From Methanobacteriota archaeon (lineage in GTDB: Archaea > Halobacteriota > Bog-38 > Methanoflorentales > Methanoflorentaceae), in assembly GCA_963719035.1 (NCBI GenBank), contig CAVRAO010000008.1:320001-384000 (forward strand): 64,000 nucleotides of DNA. The letters run 5' to 3'. Position numbers and translations under genes: made by a program. Under the pieces are notes generated by a model, which had not been told where the DNA came from, made no database searches, and saw only the letters and a list, made by a program, of their open reading frames with translations. Below, one piece after another: positions 49,343 through 62,956 of the stretch; position 1 is the first letter of the stretch; every line of letters starts with the position of its first letter.

Positions 49343-50648
49343 ATGAACAAGATGCGTCTTGCCTTGCCAGGGGTGCTAGCGCTCCTTTTGGTAGCAACAA
49401 CAACGGTGCCCGCAACTGCGGTTTCTACTCAGCCCTCAACGCACTCGATTGAATATCATGTTGGCTGTGGCCAAGCGATGATATGGGATGGCTCGCTTGA
49501 CTACTTTAAAGCGCACGGGTTCTCCACGGTCCATCTTGTCGTTCGTGATCAGAAGCCGTACAAGGAAGAGCTCGCAAAGATCAAATCGCTCGGTATGAAG
49601 GGGATTATTGATATCGAAATCCCCATTTGGGACGCGGGCAAGAAGAAGAGCGTTCCAATCGAAAACTTTGCCTCGTATTTCCAATCACTCAAAGCTGCGG
49701 GATGGGAATACGTCGCGTCCGAAGGCGGTCGTGAAGGTGACGCCAACTATCTCGCGCGGTACTTCAAGGGCTACGTTAACTACAACTGTGACCAGTGCGG
49801 CTTATGGAAGAACATGCACCTCCAGTCAGGCACGGTGATGAACAGCTGGGAGAGCTTTTATCCGTCAGAGTGGCAGTACATCCAGCAGGGAGCAAAGGAA
49901 TCAGCCGCGTTAGGTAAGACGAACGGAATCCTTGCCGGGGTGTGGGGGAGTTCTAAAGGGGTCGATCACAACCCGATACTAACCAACTCGAAGAATGGGG
50001 GATCACCGAGTTACAAGTCAATGCTCGACTGGTCCTATTCTAATGGGGTCGGTTTCACTCATTTTCACGTGTGGTGCAGCATAAATTCCAACGGCCTAGC
50101 TTTATACAAACAACTGGGATTTGAGCAGATCGTCAACGAGCTGCAAAAGACGTATCCTGCCACAACAGCAGCGTCTTCTGGAACGACAGCATCGAAGGCA
50201 GTAACGCCGACACCTAAAGCGACGGTAACGCCTAAAGCGACGGTGAACGGTGAAAGCGACGGCAACGGTGAAGGCAGTGCCAACGGTGAAGGCAGTGAGC
50301 ACGGTGAAGGCAGTGAGCACAGTGAAGGCAACGGCAACCCCTACGGCGACGGCAACGGTGAAGGCAGTGAGCACGGTGAAGGCGACTCCGCAACCGACGA
50401 AAACAGCCCCCATCAATAAGGCTACTGCGACGCCAACTCAAATGACCGCTGCTAAGGAGGTAATCAGCACAACCAGCTCCTCAGATGTGCTTAGGAACAG
50501 CTCAGTTCTGGAGCTATCTGTTCCATCAGCTCCAATTGACAATAGTTCGGACTTGTCACCACAACCTATACTCGAGTTCTCGTTACTAGGAATCGGCGTG
50601 CCGCTGGCGATTGCCGGGGCCATCTACATGTTTATGAGAAGAGGGTAA
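49343..50648 (+). CDS. Secreted/cell-surface protein: aromatic-rich globular domain, repeat linker and C-terminal TM anchor reached by a frameshift at about 50245
   Basis: GGAGG RBS and signal peptide. The original frame ends in an acidic G/E tail at 50419. The shifted frame gives (TVKAVS)n and LLGIGVPLAIAGAIYMFMRRG ending at 50648. Confidence 0.65.
50198..50390 (+). repeat. Imperfect 18-bp tandem repeat array
   Basis: Units such as ACGCCTAAAGCGACGGTA and ACGGTGAAGGCAGTGAGC, about 10 copies. Confidence 0.8.
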
Positions 50649-51390
50649 TTGGGCGAAGGAGCAACCTCTCGACACCTAATAGTGAGGGTTTCAATTGCGT
50701 TGTCCGACGTTGCAGTCTTGAACCTACAGAGAACAAAGGGATACGCTCGCGTGGCAAGTTTCCTTGTAATACGCGAAACCAACTTTTGCAGCTTATGCCC
50801 TTCTATTCTTACGCAGTATGCGATCTACGTCCTTCTTAAGATAACGAAAACGGCTCCAAAGCGATGAGCGCAAAGAAGCCACCGATGCCGCTCAAGGTAT
50901 ATGCATGATAAACGTGGCATTGATCCGCCGATAGAATTCCTGTTCAGAAGCGCGACGCCCTGCTTAACGAGGTCGTACAGCGCTGCATCGAGTTGTCACC
51001 CGCAGATCGAAGCGGACGGATACACGTGCGCGAGCTTGCTCGAAGTCGACGCAACGTTCGCAGGCACGTGACTACGCACTTAGACTTTCCGATGCGCGTG
51101 CCTTATCCTACCGCGATACTCAGTTTACCGTAACCGCGTTTAAACGGTTTGATGCCCTCAAAAAGGTTAATTTTAATCTGCCGGCTCTATATCTCGCCAG
51201 AACCGCATATACGTGTCAAAGACGTCTTCAGTGAAGCGGGTGTTAATTAGTGCTCCCAATCCACTCCAGTCATACCGTGCGTTGAGACATATGTGCGGTT
51301 TATCGCTTCCTACCTGATGAGGTCCCCCAACATCGGGAAAAACGTGACCCAGGTGGAGATTTCCTCCTTAGCACGGCGACTTGATGTAAG

Positions 51391-51801
51391 TCAGTCCTCG
51401 ACGACGACTTTCCCCGTCATATACGGATGTGGGATGCAGTAGTACTCATAGGTCCCAATCTCGCTGAATTGTGCTTGATGCGTCGCATCTTTGCCCATGT
51501 CACCTGACGAGGGGAACCGGCTATCAGTCGACGTGACCGTGTGCATGGCCGAATCGCTGTTAGTCCACTTTACGGTCGTCCCTTTTTTTACCGTGAGCTC
51601 CGCTGGCTGATAGGCAAAGTTTTCGATATTGACTGATTCGGCAGTAGGACTAGCTTGACCGGTCTTGGCAGTAGTTGTCCCCGTAGACTCCGTGGCGTTA
51701 GCTGTCGGCGTCGTTGTTGGTGTGCTCGACGTGCAGCCCGTAACGAAAACAGCGGTCGCGACAACTGCGGCGATTACGGAAAAGATAAGTGATTTTTTCA
51801 T
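51391..51801 (-). CDS. Plastocyanin/amicyanin-type blue-copper lipoprotein
   Basis: Lipobox VFVTGC, T-rich linker, type-1 Cu ligands H(TVT)...CIPHPYM. Confidence 0.85.
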   Translation of the reverse strand: MKKSLIFSVIAAVVATAVFVTGCTSSTPTTTPTANATESTGTTTAKTGQASPTAESVNIENFAYQPAELTVKKGTTVKWTNSDSAMHTVTSTDSRFPSSGDMGKDATHQAQFSEIGTYEYYCIPHPYMTGKVVVED

Positions 51802-52024
51802 AGTGAACACCTGGTAAAGATAAGGCCCAAAGGAGCGTTATGCATACTATCGTTTATCTTTATGCACCGTTGGAGGCATAACCGTTGCAAAGAACAGATA
51901 AACGGCTCTTTAAAGCGTTTTATCGCTCACTAGAACAGCCGCTCGCTCCATTGTTTAGAGGTGGTGACCCTACACGTCGAACCGCAACGCTTTCATAGAG
52001 GCACAATATGAACAGAGAGGCTGC

Positions 52025-52264
52025 ATGGTAATTGATATACGGACAGTAACGACAGTAAGCCTTATCGTTCAGCTCGTGCTCATCGCCTTTGTCTTTGGCG
52101 CAGTGTACCTCGCGCGCAAAAGAAGGCTCATTCGTCATTGCACTATCATAAGCGGAGCCACTATCGTCCAAATTGTAACAATAGTGGCGATTATGCCATC
52201 GATGCTCGGGTACGTTAAAAATGTCCCCCCTGAGCCGAGACTGAATTCTGTGCGTTTTATGTAA
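52025..52264 (+). CDS. Small membrane protein, possibly truncated
   Basis: GAGG RBS; two TM helices around RKRRLIRH. Confidence 0.45.
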   Translation: MVIDIRTVTTVSLIVQLVLIAFVFGAVYLARKRRLIRHCTIISGATIVQIVTIVAIMPSMLGYVKNVPPEPRLNSVRFM

Positions 52265-52376
52265 TCCAACGGGAGTGTGAAACTTCTACCTTTTTTTCAT
52301 GAAGCTAACCTGTTTTGGGGAATGACCGTTTTTTCGCCGCCCTTTCAGAAGCCCTCGAAGACCGTTTATGCTCCGA

Positions 52377-54611
<2,235 letters not shown>

Positions 54612-54638
54612 CTACTTTGAATACTAGTGTTTCGCTGC

Positions 54639-54916
54639 TCATCTAGTTAACATCTCCGTCTGCTTGCCGACTTCGGAGAAGAGCTTGGCCTTGGTGTAGC
54701 GGGTGATGTCATGCGTTACGGTGAAGGCGCCGATAGCGCCCGAGCCCTTCGCGTGCATGCGCCGCTCGGGGATGGCCTCCCGGTCGAAGTGCGCCCTTTT
54801 CTAAGAACCAAACATCTTGCAGCAGCACGGGGCCCTCGCGGGCCGGCGGTCATGGTATTCTGGTTGTCCGCCACGGGTGCCCCCGCGACGGTGGTCAGTT
54901 TCTTTTGAGCTGTCAT
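54639..54916 (-). pseudogene. 5' remnant of a monofunctional heme catalase (KatA/KatE type)
   Basis: Read across frames: [54 protein letters not shown]...[19 protein letters not shown]. Stops after about 90 codons. Confidence 0.85.
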
Positions 54917-55438
54917 TTTCGACCTTCCCCTTTAATTAGGTCTAATTTTTGTAAGTCAAGATTAAAATTCGTTTCGTCGTTGAATATAATAACTTGACAC
55001 GACTGATTGGAGGTTATGGCAAAAGTGAGCTCATAATTGCATCATCGAACACCCTTGCTTTCGTTAAAGCAAATGGGGCGTTCCACAGTGCTGATGTTCC
55101 AGTGCTGCCTATGCCACGATTTCGATGCGAAAAGACTGGATAAGGTGGGCGGTAAGGCGAAAGCGGGGGGAGATTCGCCAAAAAATAGTCCAAGAAGGGA
55201 GTGCCCCACCTTCGCCAGTAGTTGTATTAAAGCACCCTAGAGTAATATAATGCTTATCCATTCCCGTTGGGCCAGTGAGATAACGCTCTTTGTGCAGTTA
55301 ATTCACCTTATAAAAAGAGGTTTTTCCGAGTTTTAATTCCACTCGCAAGGCGAAGATGAGGGCCTCACCATCGCTCTAAATGCAATTCATCAAACTATAG
55401 ATCCTAAATCCACTCATCTACTTGAGATTGAAGCGTTA

Positions 55439-55918
55439 TCACTTCTCCAAGAGGTCGATGATGTCGCCCTCTATTTCTGAGGGTTTTGTTGTTGGCGCAT
55501 ACCGCTTAAAAGGCACACCTTCTTTGGAGACCAGGAATTTCGTAAAATTCCACTTTATGTTGCTCCCAAGAATGCCTCCGGGCAACTCCTTTTTTAAGTA
55601 AACAAAGAGCGGATGGGTATCTTTGCCGTTGACGTGTATTTTCTCGGAAATGAGGAAGGTGACGCCAAAGTTTATCAGGCACACTTTGACCATCGTCTCA
55701 TTTGACTCTGGCTCCTGTTTAAACTGGTCCGAGGGAAAGCCAATCACCTCAAGTCCACGGTCCTTGTACGCCTGGTAGAGTTTTTCGAGTTCTGTAAACT
55801 GCCCCGCCAGACCGCATTTGGTCGCCGTGTTAACAATGAGAACAACCTTTCCACGAAATTCGGACATGCTAATAGTCGATCCGAACGAATCACGAAAAGT
55901 AAAGTCATAGAACGTCAT
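55439..55918 (-). CDS. Cys-type glutathione peroxidase homolog
   Basis: GKVVLIVNTATKCG, IGFPSDQF, IKWNFTKFLV. Confidence 0.9.
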   Translation of the reverse strand: MTFYDFTFRDSFGSTISMSEFRGKVVLIVNTATKCGLAGQFTELEKLYQAYKDRGLEVIGFPSDQFKQEPESNETMVKVCLINFGVTFLISEKIHVNGKDTHPLFVYLKKELPGGILGSNIKWNFTKFLVSKEGVPFKRYAPTTKPSEIEGDIIDLLEK

Positions 55919-56366
55919 ATAGCTGCACCCTTCTTGATATCTATAAGAGCTAACGGCATAGTTATCTTAGGTATAATTACCGCATTAAATCACATGTACA
56001 TTGAAAAGCTGATGTTTTTTGGACTTTTTTTAGATAAGCGTTTGAAATACCCGAGTAAAAACGGAATGGGGCCTCGCTGGAAGAGCTATGTTCGGCCAAC
56101 ATCCACCCAGTACGTGAATTATCCTCCTATGCAATGGGTAATTTAGCTTTTGACAAGACAGGTTAGTTCTTTTCTCTAATATCCAACCATATCTTTTGCG
56201 ATTATTTGCTCGCAACGTCATTCATATTCGCTTTAAAAAGTCTTGAAATCTGGCTTGATCACAAGCTATTACTCGTACCCAAGTCTAATCGCTCCTAGCA
56301 TGTGCAGGCTTCCAACGCGCAAAGTTCACACAGTGCACAGATTAAACACGTCCACAAGCGGATTAT

Positions 56367-57038
56367 ATGAACACCAAACACGCGGCTTTCACGAACGCGG
56401 TCATCTTTGACCTAGACGGCGTGCTCGTAGACAGTATGCCCGCCTATTGCGATGCGTGGAGGGCAGCCTTTGCAGCGCACCATATCGTCATCGACAGAAA
56501 CGAGGTTTACGAACGAGAAGGGGAACAAGGGATGACATCAGTCGTAGGAATTTTTGAAAACCACAGAGGGTACCAACCGTCGACGCGCGTTGCAGAGGAC
56601 ATATTGAACACCATGCACGCGACCTTCGCTGCGTCGTTCAAGCCGACGTTGTTCCCGTGCACCAAAGAACTGCTAACGGGCTTGACTACTAAGGGCACCG
56701 CTTTAGGGTTAGTCACCGGGTCAGAGAATCCTGAGCAGAAGTTTGCGCAGGAGCGCGCTGTGCTTGACATGTTTCACGCTGTTGTGACCGGACGCGATAC
56801 GAACAAAGGCAAACCGGCGCCTGAACCGTACGAGCTTGCCGTTCAACAACTTGGGCTGCCAGCGTCGCGCTGTTGTGCTGTCGAGAACGCCCCGTTAGGT
56901 ATACGATCTGCAAAGGCGGCCGGATTGTTTTGTTATGCGGTACGAAACACGTCACCGCTTCACGCGGCCACGCTGCTCCAGGCAGGGGCGGATATTATAT
57001 GCAGCAGCACGAAAGCGTTAATGAAAGTGCTCGTTTAG
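56367..57038 (+). CDS. HAD family phosphatase (beta-PGM-like)
   Basis: FDLDGVLVDS, VTGS, GKPAPEPY, VENAPLG. Confidence 0.88.
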   Translation: MNTKHAAFTNAVIFDLDGVLVDSMPAYCDAWRAAFAAHHIVIDRNEVYEREGEQGMTSVVGIFENHRGYQPSTRVAEDILNTMHATFAASFKPTLFPCTKELLTGLTTKGTALGLVTGSENPEQKFAQERAVLDMFHAVVTGRDTNKGKPAPEPYELAVQQLGLPASRCCAVENAPLGIRSAKAAGLFCYAVRNTSPLHAATLLQAGADIICSSTKALMKVLV

Positions 57039-57310
57039 CGAGGCTCCCGCGTGCTCCACCAGCTTACCTTTTCTCTGAAACAACGATTAGCGCATCGGGA
57101 TCCACAAGGCTACGCCCTCTACAAACCGTGCCTAATCGCTTAGAAACGCGGTCAAAATGGCGCATGGCCGCCTGTATCAGCCAAATGTCGCAAGTTGATC
57201 CGGAGTATTGGCGTCCATTCACTTTCACCTCTCTTCTGCCACATCCCTTATCCCTCTTTCCCTCATACCATTTTTCATGGACCCGATCATTGCGCAGATA
57301 CAGCAGGAGA

Positions 57311-58345
57311 TTATTCGCTCTTTCTTGCAAAGAGCTTCAGATACTCCCCGTAGCCCTCCTTCTCCAGGTCCTCCTTCGGGATGAACCGAAGCGCCGCCGA
57401 GTTCATGCAGTAACGCTGCCCCGTCGGCGCGGGCCCGTCGGGAAAAACGTGACCTAGATGCGAGTCCCCGTGCTTGCTTCTCACTTCGACCCTCACCGCG
57501 AAGAGCTTCCTCTCCTCTCTTGTCGTGACGTTCTCCGGCTCCAGGGGTTTCGTAAAGCTTGGCCATCCCGTCCCGGAGTCGTACTTGTCGAGCGAGCTGA
57601 AGAGCGGCTCTCCAGATACGAAGTCAACGTAAATCCCCTCCTTCTTGTTGTCATCGTATTCATTTTGGAAGGGCGGCTCCGTGCCTTCGTGCTGCGTTAC
57701 CTCGTATTGAAGCGGTGTGAGCATCTTTTTCAGGGTAGCGTCGTCGGGCTTGGAATAGGCTTTCTTTCCCCTGGGGTTGTCGCCGGGGTTGGTGCCCGTC
57801 TTCTTCTCCTTTCCCCAGGTCTTATCGAGGAACTGGTCCCGGCCGGAGCCTAACCGGTAGAGCTTATACCTTAAAGGGCTCTTCCTGTGGTAATCCTGGT
57901 GGTAGAACTCCGCCTCGTAGAACCTTGAGAATTGCACAATCTGGGTGACGATAGGCTTCGTGAACTGCCCGGATTGTTCAAGATCCGCCTTGGATTTCTC
58001 CGCGATGCGCTTCTGTTCCTTATCGTGGTAGAAAATCGCCGTGCGGTACTGAGGGCCCCGATCTGCAAACTGCCCGCCAGGATCCGTCGGATCGATATGC
58101 CGCCAGAAGATATCAAGGATCTGCTCATAACTCACCTTTGAAGGATCGTAGTAGACCTGTACGGCTTCATAGTGCCCCGTCTTACCCGTTGAGACTTCCT
58201 CGTAAGTGGGGTTTTCCTTCTGACCGCCGGTATAGCCCGATATTACTTTTACAACGCCGGATGCATTTTCATAATCGGACGCTATACACCAGAAACAGCC
58301 GCCCGCGAGGGTTGCGACCTTAAAATTTGTCTGCTCTTCTTTCAT
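57311..58345 (-). CDS. msrAB: Fused peptide methionine sulfoxide reductase MsrA/MsrB
   Basis: AGGCFWC, GYTGG and EFYHQDY (MsrA); [14 protein letters not shown] and RYCMNS (MsrB, without Zn CxxC pairs). Confidence 0.95.
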   Translation of the reverse strand: MKEEQTNFKVATLAGGCFWCIASDYENASGVVKVISGYTGGQKENPTYEEVSTGKTGHYEAVQVYYDPSKVSYEQILDIFWRHIDPTDPGGQFADRGPQYRTAIFYHDKEQKRIAEKSKADLEQSGQFTKPIVTQIVQFSRFYEAEFYHQDYHRKSPLRYKLYRLGSGRDQFLDKTWGKEKKTGTNPGDNPRGKKAYSKPDDATLKKMLTPLQYEVTQHEGTEPPFQNEYDDNKKEGIYVDFVSGEPLFSSLDKYDSGTGWPSFTKPLEPENVTTREERKLFAVRVEVRSKHGDSHLGHVFPDGPAPTGQRYCMNSAALRFIPKEDLEKEGYGEYLKLFARKSE

Positions 58346-58548
58346 AGGATGTTCACCTCTTGTTTTTTGCCTCTGCTGACACCCGCTCAGCGCTCACCTT
58401 CTTTTGGGTCAGAGGGCCCTCGCCGACTCCGGTCGCGTCAAGTGCATAGACTATGCCGGCTTGCTTGCCTATTGCCTCAGCTCTCGAGTGCGGTGACCGT
58501 TGAGTTTGGCAAGCATCTCGGCGCTTGCCTGTAGGGGGTTCCTTTTTC

Positions 58549-58974
58549 TCACGGCAACTGGAGATTGTCATTTTCATCCAGCTCCCAGAACGGGTTATAG
58601 GCTACTTCAATGATATGGCCATCGGGATCTTTAAAATAGCCATAATAACCGCCCCAGAATGCTTTTTGGGCAGGGCGCAGGATCGTTGCCCCAAGTTTTT
58701 TAACTTTTTCCAGAACCTCCTCAACCTCCTTTTCAGAAAGGGCATTATATGATAACGTGATGCCCGAAAAGCCGGTTTCGGCGTCTTCTACCAATGCATC
58801 TTCGGCTAATAAGTGCCGAGGATAGAGTGCCAGCACGATGCCGCCCAGAGGAAACAATATAAGGTTCTCCGTGCTTGCTGAAGATCGTTTCCAGCCAAGG
58901 CCTTCTTCATAGAAATCCAAGGCCTTCTTCATGTCGGCAACACCGAAGGTTATCATATTCAGTTTTTGTCTCAT
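58549..58974 (-). CDS. VOC/glyoxalase family protein
   Basis: ITFGVADMKKALDFYE, WGGYYGYFKDPDGHIIEVAYNP. Confidence 0.88.
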   Translation of the reverse strand: MRQKLNMITFGVADMKKALDFYEEGLGWKRSSASTENLILFPLGGIVLALYPRHLLAEDALVEDAETGFSGITLSYNALSEKEVEEVLEKVKKLGATILRPAQKAFWGGYYGYFKDPDGHIIEVAYNPFWELDENDNLQLP

Positions 58975-59154
58975 AGGGCTCTGTTTTTTTTTGCAATAAT
59001 AATGGCTCTTTAAACCACACACAATTAGTGAAAAATGCTGATATATGTGACGATTACGTAAACCGGATAACAACCTACTCGTGATCGTCTATATCAGGCG
59101 AGGGGTCACTCACATATGGTGCATGCCCGCAGGAGGGAATGCTCGTAACCTGTC

Positions 59155-61518
59155 CTACTGGCGCGCCATGGCAATCTTCATGTCAGCTTCCTTATCCGGG
59201 ATCAGCTCGCCTGACAGATCCAGCGTGACGCGCTTAATGGTTCCTGTGAAGCAGAATGGTTCTCTGTATTCCTCCGGCGCCGCGGGCTCGCCGCCGTCAT
59301 AACCGCAGGACAGGCCTTGCGTCCCAAACATGATCGGAACCGAGTGGGGCATGTCGATGCTGGCAACCAGCTTACGGTTGATGTAGAGCTGGCCGCGTGC
59401 CGGCACCCCTTTCCCCTGGGCAATGTCGGGCTTGCCGGTCGGCTCGAACTCGTAGCGCAGCTCGACGTCGCCCTCCGGGACCGGCTCGCTGGACGTGAGC
59501 CAGAACCTGTCGCGGCCGAGCCAGTTGTACAGGAAGTACAGTTTGTGGTTCTTGACAAAGAAGGTGTAGCCGCCGGTGCGGCCTCCCTGGGCCAGCAACA
59601 CCCCCTCTGCGCCGCCCGGCGGGATCACGACCTCGGCCGTGATGCTCCATGGTCGGTTGTACAGCTTGGGCGTGGCGGTAAAGGGGATCGACGAGCCGCC
59701 GGGGTAAAGGACGATCTTGTCTCTCGGCTTGGCGATCGTTGGGCGTTCCACATTGAGACGGCTGAGGACGTCGCCGTCGATGGGAAGCACGTTGTACTTG
59801 CCCGCTTCGGCCCACCAGCGGCCGATCATTTCGATCAGCTTGTCGCGGTGCTCGGCGGCTAGGTTGTGGCATTCAGAGGGGTCCTCGTCGACGTGGTACA
59901 GCTCCCAGTCATGGGTCTCGATATCCACGAGCACCTGGTTAGGAATGGGGGAACCGAACTGACGGCCCTTCTTGGCGGCCTCGGTGAAGCTCGGGCCCGG
60001 CCACGGGCAGACCGCCCGCCAGCCGTCGTGATAGATCGCGCGGTGCCCGAACATCTCGAAGTACTGGGTGTGGTGATTGCTGGGCGCGGCCGCCTCGTTG
60101 AAGGTATGGGCAAAGCTCACCCCGTCAATGGGTGCCTGATGCACGCCGCGGATGCCCTCCGCCTCCTCGGTGCCAAGGGCTTCCAAAACCGTCGGGACGA
60201 AGTCGATGACGTGCGCGTACTGAGTCCTCAGCTCTCCGCGGGCTTGGAAGCCCTTGGGCCAGGACACGATGCACGGGTCGGCGGTGCCACCCCGGTAAGT
60301 CTCTCGCTTCCAGCGGCGGAACGGTGCGTTGCCGGCATTGGTCCAGCCCCAGGGGTAGTGGTTGCAGGACTCGACGCCGCCCAGCTTGTCGAGCATCTTC
60401 AGGTTGTCTTCCAGCGTTTCCGGCGCATTGTTGAAGAAGAACATCTCGTTAAGCGAGCCCACTGGCCCACCTTCGGAGCTGGCGCCGTTGTCGGAGATGA
60501 CGATGATCAGCGTGTTGTCCAGCTGGCCGATCTCTTCGAGGAACGTGAGAATGCGCCCAAAATGATGATCGGTGAAGCTCACGAATCCAGCGTAGACCTC
60601 CATGAACCGGGCATAGAGCCGCTTGGCATCGGCGGGCAGCGTGTCCCAAGCGGGCACGTCAGGGTCATGCGGCGACAGCTCGGTGCCTTTGGGGATGATG
60701 CCCATCTCGAGCTGGCGCTGGTGGACGATCTTGCGGTACTCATCCCAGCCCATGTCGAACGCGCCCTTGTACTTGTCCGCCCACTCCTTGAACACGTGGT
60801 GAGGCGCGTGGCCGGCGCCCGTTGCGTAATACAGGAAGAAGGGCTTTTCCGGCGCGTTGACGTGCGCATCTTGGATAAACTCGATAGCCTTGTCGGAAAG
60901 GTCGATGCTCAGGTGATAACCCTCCTCTGGTGACGTGGGCTGCTCGACCTCGTGGTTGTCATAGACCAGCTCCGGGTACCACTGGTTGGTCTCGCCGCCC
61001 ATAAAACCGTAGAAACGCTCGAAACCGCGCCCCAAAGGCCAGCGGTCGTAGGGACCGGCTGCTGTAAGGTGTTCGGGGGGTGTCAGGTGCCACTTCCCGA
61101 CGCAGAAGGTATTGTAGCCCTTCTGGAGCAGCATCTCGCTGAGCATGCCCTTGTCAAAGGGCAGGATGCCGTTGTAGCCCGGGTACCCTGTGGAGGTCTC
61201 AGTAATCGACGCCAGCCCGATCGAGTGGTGGTTACGCCCGGTTAATATGCAACCGCGCGAGGGCGAGCACAAGGCCGTGGTGTGCACGTTGGTGTAGCGC
61301 AGGCCGTTCGCGGCCAAGCTGTCCAGCACGGGCGTCTCGACCAGCCCGCCGAAGCAGGACAACTGTCCGAAGCCAACGTCGTCCAACACGAAGAAAAGCA
61401 CATTGGGCGCACCCTCCGGGGGGCGCGGCGGCTCAGGCCAGGCCGGCGAGGACTCTTCTGTGGTGCGTCCGATGACGCCAGTAAACGGGGTCCCATCTTT
61501 GTAAGTCTTGATTGCCAT
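59155..61518 (-). CDS. Cys-type arylsulfatase with a C-terminal beta-sandwich extension
   Basis: LDDVG, CSPSRG (CxPxR), GKWHL, HAPHH, SDNG; GGAG RBS. Confidence 0.92.
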   Translation of the reverse strand: MAIKTYKDGTPFTGVIGRTTEESSPAWPEPPRPPEGAPNVLFFVLDDVGFGQLSCFGGLVETPVLDSLAANGLRYTNVHTTALCSPSRGCILTGRNHHSIGLASITETSTGYPGYNGILPFDKGMLSEMLLQKGYNTFCVGKWHLTPPEHLTAAGPYDRWPLGRGFERFYGFMGGETNQWYPELVYDNHEVEQPTSPEEGYHLSIDLSDKAIEFIQDAHVNAPEKPFFLYYATGAGHAPHHVFKEWADKYKGAFDMGWDEYRKIVHQRQLEMGIIPKGTELSPHDPDVPAWDTLPADAKRLYARFMEVYAGFVSFTDHHFGRILTFLEEIGQLDNTLIIVISDNGASSEGGPVGSLNEMFFFNNAPETLEDNLKMLDKLGGVESCNHYPWGWTNAGNAPFRRWKRETYRGGTADPCIVSWPKGFQARGELRTQYAHVIDFVPTVLEALGTEEAEGIRGVHQAPIDGVSFAHTFNEAAAPSNHHTQYFEMFGHRAIYHDGWRAVCPWPGPSFTEAAKKGRQFGSPIPNQVLVDIETHDWELYHVDEDPSECHNLAAEHRDKLIEMIGRWWAEAGKYNVLPIDGDVLSRLNVERPTIAKPRDKIVLYPGGSSIPFTATPKLYNRPWSITAEVVIPPGGAEGVLLAQGGRTGGYTFFVKNHKLYFLYNWLGRDRFWLTSSEPVPEGDVELRYEFEPTGKPDIAQGKGVPARGQLYINRKLVASIDMPHSVPIMFGTQGLSCGYDGGEPAAPEEYREPFCFTGTIKRVTLDLSGELIPDKEADMKIAMARQ

Positions 61519-61910
61519 GATCTGTCTCCTTTCGATCAAGTATTCAACGGTTGTGTTCGACTTTAAATTATCGCCATCAGATTACTGCGCTGCGCGCCTT
61601 CATTCTTAAAGAGCATGCGCTGATCGCACCCTCTTACGCAAACTACATCGTTGTCGCTAATCTACAGGTTTTGCGAGTCTGATGTCTCGCCAATAACGCA
61701 TTCTAGATATCGCCATAGCGAGGTGGAGGTCGCCTGTATCAGGCGGAGGTTAACTCGTTGTGAACTCCAGCTAGGGAAGTGCGAGCAGTAGCCCGTTTGA
61801 TTTAGAGAGACCGGCTGTATAATGGTATCAACAGATTTACTCTGAATAGGTTGTAATTTACGTAGCTATATGGAAACGATCGTCGCTTTGTATTCTCCCA
61901 CAAACCCGCC

Positions 61911-62171
61911 GTGCTTAGTATAATAAATGACGCCGTATGCGCGCTTCAAGGAGACATACCACTCGCTGAGTGGAAAGAGCCTTACCAGTCAGCAGAAGAA
62001 CTCGACAAGGAGCAAGCGGATGGCGTTCAGTTTTACGGATTGACTAAAAGAAGGCACGTGATGGGTGTCGCAGGTATCCAGCACGTGGTATGCCACGCTA
62101 CTCCCTCAAAACGTCAGTTTAGAGCGGTACAAGCGGCGCATTTAAGGGCGCGTATGATAACGTTGGCATAG
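61911..62171 (+). pseudogene. Fragment of a GNAT-like acetyltransferase
   Basis: IINDA...IP...WKEPY...EL...GVQFYG...GVAGIQ, then degenerates. Confidence 0.45.
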
Positions 62172-62192
62172 TCAAAAAGCAAGGTGAATCCA

Positions 62193-62531
62193 ATGGAAGA
62201 GAAAACTCAATTTATCACGTCTGTTGCAATCCTCTCGCGAAGGTTGAAGGAAGGCATGACCTACGAGGACTTCCGCAAGGCCTGGTACCATACTACTGGT
62301 TTTGGAGTGGAGGGCAAGGAAAACGAAGGCAGTAACCGCATGCTCACGTTAGTCAATGTGTTCGATCCGAGTGAGATCATCGTCCTAGGTTTTGCCACCA
62401 CTACCCTCGAACAGCTTAAGGATGCCCTTAACATCGATGTAGATTTCCGAGGAGAGAACCCTCTGGATGAGGTCATAGAACCCGAAATAGATAGAAAATT
62501 CGCCCTCCTTATTTCGGAGGATGATTTTTGA
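62193..62531 (+). CDS. Conserved hypothetical protein (EthD-like dimeric alpha/beta barrel start)
   Basis: GGTGA RBS; RRLKEGMTYEDFRKAW. Confidence 0.6.
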   Translation: MEEKTQFITSVAILSRRLKEGMTYEDFRKAWYHTTGFGVEGKENEGSNRMLTLVNVFDPSEIIVLGFATTTLEQLKDALNIDVDFRGENPLDEVIEPEIDRKFALLISEDDF

Positions 62532-62956
62532 GCAGTGGGACAAATATCATACAAACCACCCAGCATCGAGGGAAAGACAACAAATCTAGCACGATTCTAC
62601 AAGAATTTACAGGCTGTAAAAAAGCTTTATATGGATGCTGGAAAAAGACGTGATGAAAAACTGCAGCACGGGCGAAGATGAAGAAACCTGCATAATCCAA
62701 AAAATTCAGGCAAGAGTTGCAGATGAACTCTCGCCGAATCGCGCGCGGTTAATCACAACAATTACGTGCTCAGCACGAACCTCAGCATCATTATGGTAGC
62801 CGCTGAACATTGAGGAGATTACCGGTCCGAATCCGGTCGAGCCCATCGTTCTTTTGCGAATCAACGATACCGGAGCCAGCCCCAACCTGCGAAAAAGCAA
62901 TGTCTTATCAATTCACCGTAAATCGAACAGACAAATAAACGTCGTGGAGACAGCCT

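Noticed and set aside
50198-50390. CRISPR-like array
   Set aside because: The units are contiguous 18-mers without unique spacers, lie inside a CDS, and no cas genes are present.
55439-55918. Selenocysteine glutathione peroxidase
   Set aside because: The active-site codon is TGC (Cys) in an open frame.
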